Below, piece by piece: positions 1 through 9,957 of a DNA stretch of 64,000 bases. The first letter of the stretch is position 1. Each line of letters begins with the position of its first letter. The position numbers were made by a program, and so were the translations under genes. Origin of the DNA: Thermoplasmatota archaeon (GTDB lineage: Archaea; Thermoplasmatota; E2; JACPAO01; JAHFTW01); assembly GCA_041601615.1 (NCBI GenBank), contig JBFIHX010000001.1, positions 160,001-224,000 of the forward strand, written 5' to 3'. Under the pieces are notes generated by a model. The model saw only the letters and a program-made list of their open reading frames with translations. It ran no database searches and was not told the DNA's origin.

Positions 1-67
1 CGTGGTGCTACGATCTGCTCCCGTGCCCGCTTCGCCTGGGTGACGGTTCGCCGGGCGGGGCTTCGGC

Positions 68-253
68 TTAGTCGTCCATGCGCTTGCGGACCCAGTACCA
101 GATGCCCACGCCTGCTGCGGCCACGAGTGCCAGGACGACGAGAATGATGGCGATGTCGCTGCCGCCAACACTGCCGTCTTCACAGACGCTTAGGAGGTTC
201 CAGCCGCTGGAGCTGGCTGCTTCACATTCGTGTTGGGGCGCAAACACAAGCAT
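68..253 (-). CDS. small membrane protein, hypothetical
   Basis: 61-aa ORF with one C-terminal hydrophobic helix followed by basic residues; co-oriented with the upstream operon. Confidence 0.5.
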   Translation of the reverse strand: MLVFAPQHECEAASSSGWNLLSVCEDGSVGGSDIAIILVVLALVAAAGVGIWYWVRKRMDD

Positions 254-271
254 CGAGCCGGGCGGGGGCTC

Positions 272-715
272 TTAGACGCTTTGGACCGCTTGACCAAAGT
301 TGATGCCGAGCGCCTCGCCCATTTCCGCGTACGGATCGTCGGGAAATGCGAGTTCTTCGATAGGCGGAAGCTCGGTGCACCATTGCATGGCACGGATTGC
401 TTCGGCTTCGTGCACGGGCTGCACTTTGGCGCCCAGGTGGCCCTTGAAGACGAAGCAAGTGCCGTTGGATTTCTGGAGCTTCAGGACAAACTTGGGTTCC
501 GACAGGAGGTGGCCGGTTTCTTCGCGAAATTCGCGCAGCGCCGCGTGGACGGGGCCTTCCGTGTCTTCCACTTTGCCGCCGGGGAGTTCCCAGCCGCGTT
601 CGCGGTGCTCGACCATCAAGAATTCGGTGCGGCCCTCGGTTTCGCGTGTGGCTACGATGATGGCGTAGGCAAGATCGGCCGGTTCATTGGTCGCGGAGGT
701 AGGCGCCGAGGTCAT
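272..715 (-). CDS. NUDIX hydrolase
   Basis: Nudix box GGKVEDTEGPVHAALREFREETG. Confidence 0.9.
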   Translation of the reverse strand: MTSAPTSATNEPADLAYAIIVATRETEGRTEFLMVEHRERGWELPGGKVEDTEGPVHAALREFREETGHLLSEPKFVLKLQKSNGTCFVFKGHLGAKVQPVHEAEAIRAMQWCTELPPIEELAFPDDPYAEMGEALGINFGQAVQSV

Positions 716-1190
716 GAAGGGGGGCGACAGCTTCTGTCTGGCCCTTGAACCTGCCGACGACTTGTCCCAGGCCGATGCCTTCGCCGCGTACGTTGGATAC
801 GACGCAGGCGTCGCCGTCGCGTAGGCGCGGGTCGAAGCTCTCTACGGAGTCGCCGAGGATGTTTTTGCTGTAGAGGAACATGCGCGTGGCTTGTTCGGAG
901 CAGCGCACGACTTGGGCGCGGGTTTCGCGGGCCCAGATGATGCTGCCTTGCAAGTCGAGGCCGAAGCCGTCGTCGTCGAGGACTCCGATGGGGAGGCCGC
1001 CCCCGGCTGCCATGGCCCAGAGGTCTTCGGGGCGGTCCCAGAGGTCCTTGGGTACGAGGCTGACAACGCGGTTTTCGCCGTCGTGGATGGCAAGTACGCG
1101 GTCTCCGAGCACTTTGCGCGCGAGGCCTTTTTCGGCGGCGTTGAAGAACCGGAGGACTTCTTGTTCTTCGTCCAAGGTAGGCTGTCTCAT
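684..1190 (-). CDS. Nip7/UPF0113-like PUA-domain ribosome biogenesis protein
   Basis: MFLYSKNI and C-terminal DLGAYLR motifs typical of Nip7; coupled to the Nop2/RsmB gene. Confidence 0.75.
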   Translation of the reverse strand: MRQPTLDEEQEVLRFFNAAEKGLARKVLGDRVLAIHDGENRVVSLVPKDLWDRPEDLWAMAAGGGLPIGVLDDDGFGLDLQGSIIWARETRAQVVRCSEQATRMFLYSKNILGDSVESFDPRLRDGDACVVSNVRGEGIGLGQVVGRFKGQTEAVAPLHDLGAYLRDQ

Positions 1191-2224
1191 GTGGCCTCAC
1201 CTCCGTCCATGTCTTTGCGAAGGCGCGCTACGAAGAAGCCAAGCGTGGGGTGGACGCCGGGCAGGAAGCGGCGGGCGTGAGCCACGTCTTCGCTGAGTTC
1301 TAGGCCGGGCCATTCCGTGATGCCGGGCAGAAGCGGCACGCCGCCGCACTTGTCGAAGGGCAATGGCTCGATGGTGTATCCGGAGTCGAGCATCATTTGC
1401 ACTTGGGCTTCGTTTTCCTCCGGCGCGAAGGTGCAGGTGGCGTAGACCAGTACGCCGCCCGGTTTGAGGATGCGGTCGGCAGATTCCAAGAGTTCCTCCT
1501 GGAGGCTGGATAGGGTGCCGACTTCTTCGAGGCGTCCGCGTTTGCGTTTGCGGTCCTTGGGAATGGTGCCTTCGCCGGTGCAGGGGGCGTCGAGCAGGAC
1601 GCGGTCGGCCCATTCTTCGCCGGGCAATTCCTGAGCCGGTTTTTGGTGCCACATGGCGCAACTGACGCCGCCTCGTTCGAGGTTGAAGCTGAGGGCGCGG
1701 ACGCGGGCCTCGTCGGGTTCGGAAGCTACGATGAGGCCGTGGTCGTCCATGTCGCCGGCCATGTGTAGCGTCTTCACGCCGGGGGCCGCTGCGAGGTCTG
1801 CGATGGTTTCTCCGGGCTTGGCGCCGAGTGCGATGGGTGCTGCGGCGCTGGCAAGGTCCTGGGGTGTGGTCATTCCCAGGAGGTGTTCTTGCGTAGCGCC
1901 AACACTGATGGGTGCTTCGCGCACGCGCATGACGTTGCGGTCGAGGTCGGTAGCACCTAGGGAGAAACCGCGGGCTTCGAGCCGTTTGCGGACGGCGGGG
2001 GCCTTGATGCGGAGGGGATTGGCTCGAATGTATTGGGGGGCGGTGTGCACGAGGCCGTCGAGGAATCGGGACGAGAAGCCGCGTTCTTTTGTGGCTTCGA
2101 CGCCTAGGTCCTCGTAGTAGCGGGCCATGTGGACCCAACGGGCGGCGAGCCAATCGTCTGCACGGTTTTTGCGTGCCCATTCTCGGATTCGGGGGCCGGC
2201 GGCGATGCGGGCTGCGTCAGGCAT
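1187..2224 (-). CDS. RsmB/NOP2-family RNA cytosine-C5 methyltransferase
   Basis: Motifs QDLAS, DLAAAPGVKT, DAPCTGEG, YATCT, PEENE. Confidence 0.92.
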   Translation of the reverse strand: MPDAARIAAGPRIREWARKNRADDWLAARWVHMARYYEDLGVEATKERGFSSRFLDGLVHTAPQYIRANPLRIKAPAVRKRLEARGFSLGATDLDRNVMRVREAPISVGATQEHLLGMTTPQDLASAAAPIALGAKPGETIADLAAAPGVKTLHMAGDMDDHGLIVASEPDEARVRALSFNLERGGVSCAMWHQKPAQELPGEEWADRVLLDAPCTGEGTIPKDRKRKRGRLEEVGTLSSLQEELLESADRILKPGGVLVYATCTFAPEENEAQVQMMLDSGYTIEPLPFDKCGGVPLLPGITEWPGLELSEDVAHARRFLPGVHPTLGFFVARLRKDMDGGEAT

Positions 2225-2906
2225 GGGTCCTCAGGTTGTAGATGAATCCCCTTTCGGGGCTTGCGTAGCTTGCTCCGCGCACGGAGCCTTTGGGATCGGC
2301 GACCAATTCGAACCAGGTTCGTTGGTTGGTCTCTTTGCCGCCGAGCCCCGGCAGCACGTCGGTTTCGCGTGCCACCTGCACGAAGGCGATGGCGACGAAG
2401 GAGGTGCTGCTTCTGCCGTCGACACCTACTTCGGCGTGGATGCGTACGGTGATGTCGTCTTCGTCGAACAGGTTGCCGCTGGCATCTCGAATGGCGCCTT
2501 CGTGGTTGAACCACTGGGCCTTGACGCCGTTGCGCAAAGTGCGGCTACCCTCGCGGTCTTCTCGGCCGTCGATGCGAATTCCTTCTCGTTCGATGGCTGC
2601 GTCCACCACTTCGCGGGTGAATCGCAAGAGTTCGGAGGTGCTTTGGCGTTCTCCGCCTCGGAAGCTGAACACTTGCAGAATGCCTCCGAAGGGAGGATCA
2701 CTCGTGGACGGATTGTGGCTGTAGAGTGTCTCGATGCTTTTGGCTCCAAAAGCGCCGCCTTGTTGGGGGTGGAAGGTGACGTTCCAGGGTAGTCCACTGG
2801 CATCGATGGTCGCTTGGGGTACGGCTGCACGGTGGGGGTCGAAGCACCCGGAGAGGCCTGCGCTGGTTACGAGGCAGAGTGCGAGCCAAAACCCCCCGTG
2901 GCGCAT
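2217..2906 (-). CDS. putative lipoprotein
   Basis: Signal peptide ending in lipobox-like LSGC; overlaps the next gene. Confidence 0.65.
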   Translation of the reverse strand: MRHGGFWLALCLVTSAGLSGCFDPHRAAVPQATIDASGLPWNVTFHPQQGGAFGAKSIETLYSHNPSTSDPPFGGILQVFSFRGGERQSTSELLRFTREVVDAAIEREGIRIDGREDREGSRTLRNGVKAQWFNHEGAIRDASGNLFDEDDITVRIHAEVGVDGRSSTSFVAIAFVQVARETDVLPGLGGKETNQRTWFELVADPKGSVRGASYASPERGFIYNLRTHA

Positions 2907-2957
2907 GGGCCGTCGAAGTCCGATGCCCTTGTTAGCCGCTTCCTAGTGACGGGGTTC

Positions 2958-3509
2958 GTGTATGAGGTGGAGGTGAAGCTCCTGCTGCTGTCGCCAGCAG
3001 CGTTGCGGGACCGTTTGCGGCGGCTTGGCGCAGCGCCGGGCGGGGTCGTTGTGCAGACGGATCGCTATCTTCGTCATCCTTGCCGCGACCTAGTGGCCAA
3101 CGATGAGGCGTTTCGGGTGCGCCATGAGGTTTGGGAGGGCGCAGTACGGCAGGAGCGTTGGCGGACCACCTACAAGGGGCCCCGTGTGGCGTCGCAACAA
3201 AAGGCACGGGTGGAGCATGATCTGGAAGTTGCTTCGGACCCGTTGCCGCAGTTGCTAGCGCTTGGATTCCTGGCCGCGGCGGGTGTGCGCAAGCGGCGCG
3301 AGTCGTGGTCCTTGCAGGGTTTGTCGGTGGCGTTGGACGACGTAGAGGGCCTTGGTTGGTTTGCGGAAGTGGAGTGTGTCAGCGACGAATGGGAGGTCGC
3401 GGGCAGGCGCGTCGAGGAGGCTGTGAAGGAGCTTGGGCTGGGCGGCGCGGATCGATTCCGGGAGTCTTACCTGGAGTTGGCCTTGGCGGCGGGCGCTTCG
3501 ATTTCGTAG
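2958..3509 (+). CDS. CYTH-domain protein (class IV adenylate cyclase-like)
   Basis: N-terminal EVEVK, QTDRY, TYKGP, LDDVEGLGWFAEVE and SYLEL motifs; GTG start inferred. Confidence 0.85.
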   Translation: MYEVEVKLLLLSPAALRDRLRRLGAAPGGVVVQTDRYLRHPCRDLVANDEAFRVRHEVWEGAVRQERWRTTYKGPRVASQQKARVEHDLEVASDPLPQLLALGFLAAAGVRKRRESWSLQGLSVALDDVEGLGWFAEVECVSDEWEVAGRRVEEAVKELGLGGADRFRESYLELALAAGASIS

Positions 3510-3883
3510 CTCCACGAAACCGGTACTTTGAGCGCTCGACTGATGGTGCAGACGCGGTCGGTGAGTTTCAGGAGCGTGTCGGTGCCGTCGTCGGCGGAGA
3601 GCGTCCAGTGGAGCCTGACTTCTTGGATGTCGGAAGCATCGTCGAAGTGCAGGTCGCCGCGCAATCGGATGGCTTTGACTTCTTTGCCGCGTTTCTTGGC
3701 GACTTTGTAGAACGTGGACAATTGGCAAGCAAGGAGTCCTGCAAGCAGAAGTTCGGATGCCATGAGGCCGTCGTCGCGGCCGCCCAGTGCGCTGGGTTTG
3801 TCTTGGATGAGATGGATGCCTCGTGCTTCGATCGTGCAGCTCACGGGGCTGCGGGGTTCGGCGGTGGCGGTCTCGATGTCCAT
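3467..3883 (-). CDS. OsmC/Ohr family protein
   Basis: D-x-P-x3-GG-x-D-x-G, ELLLAGLLAC and second Cys in CTISRAL. Confidence 0.85.
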   Translation of the reverse strand: MDIETATAEPRSPVSCTIEARGIHLIQDKPSALGGRDDGLMASELLLAGLLACQLSTFYKVAKKRGKEVKAIRLRGDLHFDDASDIQEVRLHWTLSADDGTDTLLKLTDRVCTISRALKVPVSWSYEIEAPAAKANSR

Positions 3884-3931
3884 GGATGGTCGGACCCGGG
3901 CTTGTTCAAGAACCAGGCGGGTATTTTGCAT

Positions 3932-5077
3932 TCATCCCGAGTTGCCAAGTGCGGCGCTGGACCCGGGGGGCTCGGGCGACAGAGGAGGCCCGTGGAGCAC
4001 GCGCACGAGTCGGGTTTCGTTGTAGCCACTGGTGATGCGGATGTATGCTGGAGCCTCTGCGTCCCATGCGGTGTCGCCGCTGTCCACGTGGACGCCTCGC
4101 AATCCCAGGAGCTTCTCGGGAGGCGCCAGCACATGCAAATTGAGCCATCCGGCGTGACGAAGGACCTTTGGGGTCAGGACTTGGGTGCCGCGTCCAAGAA
4201 GCATTCCTTGGCCACCAATCAAGGAGAGCCAGATGTGGACGGTGCCTTGGTGGTTCGAGAGGAGTTCTGCGAGTGCGGGCCCGTCGAGGTCCGTCGCGAC
4301 GATGCGATCGCCGAGAATTGCGTCCACCCCTAGGAGTGTGGGTGTCCCCCAAAATTGTGACTTGAGGGCTCGGCAGACACTGCCGGCGCCCACCAGATGA
4401 AGCGCATCGGGGTCCCAGTCACGAAGCACTTGTTCCACGAGGGGCTCGAGTGGGGTGTCGCCGCTCGTGGGCACCTTGCCTCCTTGGATCGCGGGGCTCA
4501 CAGGCACGAGGAGGCTGCCCTTCAAGACGACCTCCACGCGACCGTCGCGGTACGCTTCTTCGTCGAGGTCTGTTACGTCGCGGGCGATGGTTTCGAAACC
4601 CGGCAGCAATTGAGACACAAGCCATGCGGCCTCCTCTGGATCGTGGGCAAAGACCGGGCTGGTGATCTTGACGCCGCCCGGTACACCGAGGCAAGGAATC
4701 GTGTCGCCCACGGCCGCAGCCACGTCTGCCGCCGTTCCGTCCCCGCCCACGAACACCAATAAATCGACGCCAGCATCACGCAAGGCAATGGCGGCGGCAC
4801 GAGTGTCTTCGGAGGTCGTTTCACCAAATCCAGACACCGCCCCGGGGATGCACGTGCATTCATCGAGGCCCAAAACGCCGGGTGCACAAAGCAGGTCTAC
4901 GTCGTGTTCCAGCGCCGAAACGAAGCGGCGGGCCCGTTCGTGGGCATGCGGCTGGAACCCCCGCTCGAGCGCCAGGCGCCAGTCGTGGTCGCTGCCCTTG
5001 AGGCCCGCTTCGCCGCCAAGTCCCGCGATGGGGTTGACGAGGAGGGCGATGGAAAGGTTCTTGCTCGGGGAGGTCAC
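3932..5077 (-). CDS. ATP-NAD kinase family protein
   Basis: VNPIAGLGG...LKGSD, GGDGTA, PGGVK and GGQGMLLGRG motifs. Confidence 0.85.
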   Translation of the reverse strand: MTSPSKNLSIALLVNPIAGLGGEAGLKGSDHDWRLALERGFQPHAHERARRFVSALEHDVDLLCAPGVLGLDECTCIPGAVSGFGETTSEDTRAAAIALRDAGVDLLVFVGGDGTAADVAAAVGDTIPCLGVPGGVKITSPVFAHDPEEAAWLVSQLLPGFETIARDVTDLDEEAYRDGRVEVVLKGSLLVPVSPAIQGGKVPTSGDTPLEPLVEQVLRDWDPDALHLVGAGSVCRALKSQFWGTPTLLGVDAILGDRIVATDLDGPALAELLSNHQGTVHIWLSLIGGQGMLLGRGTQVLTPKVLRHAGWLNLHVLAPPEKLLGLRGVHVDSGDTAWDAEAPAYIRITSGYNETRLVRVLHGPPLSPEPPGSSAALGNSG

Positions 5078-5427
5078 GGCCAGCCAAGCCTCGATCGGAT
5101 GGATGCAAGTTCCTTCGTAAACTCCGGCAGAACGTCTTCAATGATGTCCCAGAGTGCTACGAGATCAATGGTGTCGTAGGCATGGATCAGGACGTCTCGA
5201 AGCCCTGCAACTTTGCGCCAAGGCAGGTGCGGATGGGCCTCTCGGAAGCCCGGGGACAACCGCTTGGTGGCTTCGCCCATGACCTCGAAGGCGCGGATGA
5301 TTGCGTGGGTCTCCATGCCTCGCTCTTGGAATTTTTCTCGGTCAATGGTGGCTGCGAATTCCATGGCCTTTTGGGCATACTCCAAGATGTCGTGGAGGTG
5401 AATCGGGTCGCGTTCTTGGGGCTTCAG
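5074..5427 (-). CDS. HEPN (DUF86/HepT-like) ribonuclease toxin
   Basis: R-x4-H motif RDVLIH followed by Tyr; GEATKRLS; N-terminus RDPIHLHDIL implies a CTG start at 5427 overlapping the MNT stop (next alternative TTG 5385). Confidence 0.88.
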   Translation of the reverse strand: MKPQERDPIHLHDILEYAQKAMEFAATIDREKFQERGMETHAIIRAFEVMGEATKRLSPGFREAHPHLPWRKVAGLRDVLIHAYDTIDLVALWDIIEDVLPEFTKELASIRSRLGWP

Positions 5428-5753
5428 ACCGGCACCGCCTCGGCAAGGATTCGGTCTCGCAGGAGCGGATGGATGCTGCGTCGACTTACCAGGTCCACTC
5501 GCTTTCCGAGTGCGTCCTCGACGGCCTGTTTGAAGCCGACGAAGTCCAGGAGGTTGCGGCCGGGGCCAAGATCGACAAGCAGGTCGAGATCGCTGTCGGG
5601 GCGTGCCTCGCCGCGTGCCACGGAGCCGAACACCTCAACGTGCTCCATGCCGTTGGCCGCTGCGGCCTCGTGGATGGCGATGCGGTCTGCATCGGTCAGC
5701 CCGTGTTCGTCCACATTCTTTGATGGCGCTTGTCCTTGAAAACCGCCGCTCAT
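5424..5753 (-). CDS. minimal nucleotidyltransferase (MntA-like) antitoxin
   Basis: FGSVARGEARPDSDLD (GS-x10-DxD) and KRVDLV; ATG overlaps the gcvPB stop. Confidence 0.9.
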   Translation of the reverse strand: MSGGFQGQAPSKNVDEHGLTDADRIAIHEAAAANGMEHVEVFGSVARGEARPDSDLDLLVDLGPGRNLLDFVGFKQAVEDALGKRVDLVSRRSIHPLLRDRILAEAVPV

Positions 5754-7303
5754 TCGTCCAATCGCCCGAGCGTGTGCCAGCGCAGCACCGGTTTGCGGGC
5801 TGCTTTGGCTTCGTCGAGGCGTTTGACGGGTGTGGTGTAGGGGGCGCCTTTGACGAGGGCGGGGTCTTCCTGTGCGATCTGCTTCAGGACTTCCACAAAC
5901 CGGTCCAGCTCCTCCTTGGATTCGGATTCGGTGGGCTCGAACATGAGCGCTTCGGGCACGATGAGGGGGAAGTAGACGGTGGGGGCGTGGATGCCGTAGT
6001 CCAGGAGGCGCTTGCCGATGTCGCCGGCGGTGATACCTGTGCGTTTCTTGAGGCCGGATGCGCTGGCGACGAATTCGTGTTTGTTGGGCCCGGGGTGCGG
6101 GAAGTCTAGGACATCCTTGAGGCCGTGTTTGACGTAGTTGGCGTTGAGCACGGCGATTTCGGCAGCACGAGTGATGCCGTTGCCACCAAGCAGGCACATG
6201 TAGGTGTAGGCGCGAACGAGGGCGGCACTTTGGCCGTACCAGCCTTTGAGTTTGCCAATGCTTTGGGTGTGCACGTCGCTGTATTCCACGTCGTAGGTGC
6301 CGTCGGCGGCCTTGATGACGCGGGGCACGGGAAGGAAGGGAATGAGTCGCTTCTTGACGCCCACGGGGCCGCTGCCGGGTCCGCCGCCGCCGTGGGGGAC
6401 GGCGTAGGTTTTGTGGAGGTTGATGTGGACGATGTCGAATCCCATGTCGCCGGGGCGGGTTTTGCCTTGAATGGCGTTGAGGTTGGCGCCGTCGTAGTAC
6501 AGGAGGCCGCCGGCTTCGTGGACGATTTTGGCGATGTCCAGGATGTCCTGCTCGAAGAGCCCAAGGGTGTTGGGGTTGGTGAGCATGAAGAGGGCGGTCT
6601 TCCGTCCAACGGAGGCACGCAGGGCGTCGAGGTCCACGCGGCCGTCGGCTTTGCTTGCAAACTCGACGACTTTGTAGCCGGCCATGCCGGCGGTGGCGGG
6701 GTTGGTGCCGTGGGCGGTGTCGGGCAAAATCACTTCGTCGCGGTCGCCTTCGCCTCGGGACTCGTGGTAGGCGCGGGCGAGCAGGCAGCCCAAAAATTCG
6801 CCTTGTGCTCCGGCGGCTGGTTGGAGGGTCACGGCGTCCATGCCGGTGACTTCGCCGAGCCAGTGTTCGAGTTCGTGAAACACTTCCAGGTGGCCTTGGA
6901 TGGTGCGTGGGTCCTGGTCGGGGTGGACGAGGTTGACGTAGGACCAAGCGGCCACTTCGTCGCACGCTTTGGGGTTGTGCTTCATGGTGCAGCTGCCCAG
7001 GGGGTAGAGCGCGGTGTCGTTGCCGAAGTTTTTCTGGCTGAGCTTGGTGAAGTGGTAGACGGCTTGGGGTTCGGTGAGGCCGAAGTCGCCGTCGTCCTTG
7101 GTTGGATCAAACTGCATTTCGGCGGGCACGCGGGAGGCAAGCACGTCGGGTTCGTGCAGCTCGCCCAAATGGACGCCTGTGGTGCCGGGGCGCGCCTCTT
7201 CCACCACCAGGGGAACGTCGTGGGGGATCACCATGCGCGAGTGCACGGGGGCGGCCGGAACACTCAGGCTTTTGGGTTCGCTGAAGTCGACGATTTCACT
7301 CAT
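5750..7303 (-). CDS. gcvPB: glycine dehydrogenase (decarboxylating) subunit 2
   Basis: YPLGSCTMK, QPAAGAQGE, AHGTNPA and PLP motif HINLHKTYAVPHGGGGPG. Confidence 0.97.
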   Translation of the reverse strand: MSEIVDFSEPKSLSVPAAPVHSRMVIPHDVPLVVEEARPGTTGVHLGELHEPDVLASRVPAEMQFDPTKDDGDFGLTEPQAVYHFTKLSQKNFGNDTALYPLGSCTMKHNPKACDEVAAWSYVNLVHPDQDPRTIQGHLEVFHELEHWLGEVTGMDAVTLQPAAGAQGEFLGCLLARAYHESRGEGDRDEVILPDTAHGTNPATAGMAGYKVVEFASKADGRVDLDALRASVGRKTALFMLTNPNTLGLFEQDILDIAKIVHEAGGLLYYDGANLNAIQGKTRPGDMGFDIVHINLHKTYAVPHGGGGPGSGPVGVKKRLIPFLPVPRVIKAADGTYDVEYSDVHTQSIGKLKGWYGQSAALVRAYTYMCLLGGNGITRAAEIAVLNANYVKHGLKDVLDFPHPGPNKHEFVASASGLKKRTGITAGDIGKRLLDYGIHAPTVYFPLIVPEALMFEPTESESKEELDRFVEVLKQIAQEDPALVKGAPYTTPVKRLDEAKAARKPVLRWHTLGRLDE

Positions 7304-8655
7304 GCGGCCACGACCTCCTTGGATTGTTCCAGGGCCGTTTCCAGGGCAGTGAAATCAGCTGGACTCAGCACGGGGGATGCGCCCCAGAGCATGCAATCGG
7401 CGAGGTCTGCGTCGTCGCGGGCAAGGCGCAAACCCGGATGAACGCCAGCTTTGAGCATTGCTTCGTGGAAGCGATCGGGGTCGGCGATGCGGGTGACGAT
7501 TTCGTTGTAGTGAACGCCGGTGAAGCGTCGTTCCAGGCCGGCCGATTCGAGGGTTTTTTCGAGTTTGGCGCCGACTTTGAGGTTGTGCAGGCCTAGGTCT
7601 CGAACGCCGGTACGCCCAAGGAGCGTCAAGTGCATGGCAGCCATGTTGGCCATGAGTGCTTCGTTGGAGCAGATGTTCGAAGTCGCTTTGCTGCGACGGA
7701 TGTGTTGCTCGCGGGCTTGGAGGGTCATGACGTAGCCGCGTTTGCCGTCTTCGTCGAGAGTGGCTCCGATGAGGCGGCCGGGCATTTTGCGCACCAGTGC
7801 TTCGGTGCAGCCAAATAGGCCAAGAAGCGGGCCGCCGGCGGCGGGGGCGCCTCCGAAGCAACTGGCTTCGCCCACCACGATGTCCGCGCCGAGGAGACCG
7901 GGCGGGGTTGCAACGCCGAGCGAGGTTGGATCGACGCCCATTACAAACAGGGCGCCGGCGTCGTGGGCGAGGCTACCGATGGCTTTGGCTTGGGTTTCCC
8001 ATATGCCGAAGTGGTTGGGGTTTTCGAGGTACACGCCGCAGACGTCGTCGCCGAGTTTGGCTTGCAGATCAAACAGGTCGGCTTCGCCGGTTTCGTCGTC
8101 GTAGCCGTAGGACTCGATGGTCATCCCGGCGCCTTTGGTGTAGTTTTCTAGGACGCTGCGCTTTTGCCACGAAAGGGCCCTTGGGATGAGGAAGCGGGGG
8201 CGTTTTCCATGGACTCGGAACGCCATGAGGCCGGCTTCGCCAAGCGCCGTGTGGCCGTCGTACATGCTGGCGTTGACGACCTCCATGCGCGTGATGTCCG
8301 CCATGAGGCTCTGGTACTCAAACAGGCATTGAAGCAGTCCCTGGCTCACTTCGGGCTGGTACGGGGTGTATGCGTTGATGAGTTCCTGACGGTGAATGAC
8401 GGCGCGGACACTCGCGGGGACGGGTTGGGGCTTGAGGCCCCCACCCAGGAAAATCGGCATGTTGTCGTAGGTGCGGTTCTTGCCGAGCGTGCGGCGCAGC
8501 CGGCTGACAAGGTAGCGTTCTGGCTCTGCGTCGGGCAAATCCAGTTTGGACAATCGCAGTTTTGCGGGGATGTCCGAGAACAAGTCTTCGACGCTCTGGA
8601 TTCCGATGGCTTCGCAGAGCTCACCCTCCCGAAGGTGGTTGGGGATCAGGTGCAC
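7300..8655 (-). CDS. gcvPA: glycine dehydrogenase (decarboxylating) subunit 1
   Basis: AYTPYQPEVSQG, NASMYDG and LQAREQHIRRSKATSNICSN. Confidence 0.97.
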   Translation of the reverse strand: MHLIPNHLREGELCEAIGIQSVEDLFSDIPAKLRLSKLDLPDAEPERYLVSRLRRTLGKNRTYDNMPIFLGGGLKPQPVPASVRAVIHRQELINAYTPYQPEVSQGLLQCLFEYQSLMADITRMEVVNASMYDGHTALGEAGLMAFRVHGKRPRFLIPRALSWQKRSVLENYTKGAGMTIESYGYDDETGEADLFDLQAKLGDDVCGVYLENPNHFGIWETQAKAIGSLAHDAGALFVMGVDPTSLGVATPPGLLGADIVVGEASCFGGAPAAGGPLLGLFGCTEALVRKMPGRLIGATLDEDGKRGYVMTLQAREQHIRRSKATSNICSNEALMANMAAMHLTLLGRTGVRDLGLHNLKVGAKLEKTLESAGLERRFTGVHYNEIVTRIADPDRFHEAMLKAGVHPGLRLARDDADLADCMLWGASPVLSPADFTALETALEQSKEVVAA

Positions 8656-8816
8656 GATGCGCGCGACACGGGTCCGGGATTTGAGCGTTGGCGCCGGCTT
8701 CTGCGACGACGACTAGGCCGCGCGGGCTCGGACCCCCAGATGCGACTGCGCGATTACCCACGCTATGGCACAGAGCCGGCGGCGCAGCGTCGAGGTATCA
8801 GTCCTGTTGCCGATGG

Positions 8817-9542
8817 CTACCAATCAATGACGTGCCGATCTCGCCAGAACCGCCCTCCGGGAGCTCCTGGTGCGAATCGAGCCAGCCACACGGGTGTATC
8901 TGCTCCCTCGGCGACACTCCGGTTTGCGCCAGCGCCGCCCATGTCGGTGCGCACCCAGCCAGGGCAGACGGAGTTGGCGATGAGGCCCCGCATTCCGTAT
9001 TCGCCTTGCAGATATGCGGTGAGACCGTTTAGCCCGGTTTTGCTGACGCGGTATGCGGGCGCGGAGCCCCCCATGCCTTCACCGAGTGCCCCCATTCCGC
9101 TGCTGATGTTGACGACGCGGCTGCCCTCGTGAGCAAGCAAATGCGGCAGGGCGTATTTGCTCAGAATCATGGGTCCGCGTAGGTTGGTCGCAAGCACTTG
9201 GTCCAGTCGGTGGGCGTCGAGGTTGTGCAGCGCGGAGCCGTGCCAGTCGCCGATTCCGGCGTTGTTGACGAGGATGTCCAATCGCCCTCCATCCCCTTGT
9301 GCAACTTGCTCCACTGCGGCTTTGATGCTTGCCTCGTCGGTCACGTCCAGCGCCAAGGGCCGGATGCGGCCGTCGCTTGCACTCTCGACGTCGGCAACGG
9401 ATTGTACATTGCGGCTTCCCGCGTACACCGTGGCGCCAAGGTCGGCCAATTCAGCGGCAATTTGGGCGCCGATGCCTCGGTTTGCGCCGCTCACAATTGC
9501 TACTTGGCCATCGAGGCGTTCAAGCACGGGAATGTCCTGCAC
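8817..9542 (-). CDS. short-chain dehydrogenase/reductase
   Basis: SGANRGIG, NNAG, YRVSK and CPGWVRTDM motifs. Confidence 0.93.
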   Translation of the reverse strand: MQDIPVLERLDGQVAIVSGANRGIGAQIAAELADLGATVYAGSRNVQSVADVESASDGRIRPLALDVTDEASIKAAVEQVAQGDGGRLDILVNNAGIGDWHGSALHNLDAHRLDQVLATNLRGPMILSKYALPHLLAHEGSRVVNISSGMGALGEGMGGSAPAYRVSKTGLNGLTAYLQGEYGMRGLIANSVCPGWVRTDMGGAGANRSVAEGADTPVWLARFAPGAPGGRFWRDRHVIDW

Positions 9543-9574
9543 GCCCCTGGATGCGCGGGCATTGCTGAAGGGGT

Positions 9575-9928
9575 TTAGGATGCGCGCAGACTTCGGCCCA
9601 CAATCTGCATGGCGTGGTCCGCGATGCGATCACCCGCCATCACCCAATCATGACGGATGCGTGCGTGTCCAAGGCGTCCGCGCACCTGTGTTTCGAAGCG
9701 AAAGTGGCCATCGGAAGCGACCATAACCCCCACTTCATCGACGCGCACGTCTCGAAGGTAGCGACGGAATGCGGTCAGTTGGTCTCCGATTTCCTGGCGG
9801 CCTCGCGCCTCTTCCTGGAATGCTTTCACCACGGCTCCCGCATCGTAGCATTCTACGAGGGCTTCCAAGTCAAAGGCGCAAAGCGAGTCGACCCAGCGCC
9901 GCACAAGAGGGTGAAGGGAGCCGGGCAT
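9575..9928 (-). CDS. SnoaL/NTF2-like protein
   Basis: DLEALVECYDAGAV...ARGRQEI pattern; ATG 9928 inferred. Confidence 0.65.
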   Translation of the reverse strand: MPGSLHPLVRRWVDSLCAFDLEALVECYDAGAVVKAFQEEARGRQEIGDQLTAFRRYLRDVRVDEVGVMVASDGHFRFETQVRGRLGHARIRHDWVMAGDRIADHAMQIVGRSLRAS

Positions 9929-9957
9929 CGACTGGATCTCTGCCGCCAGGGCGCCCT

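Noticed and set aside
8656-8816. Glycine riboswitch upstream of gcvPA
   Set aside because: Conserved aptamer motifs not found
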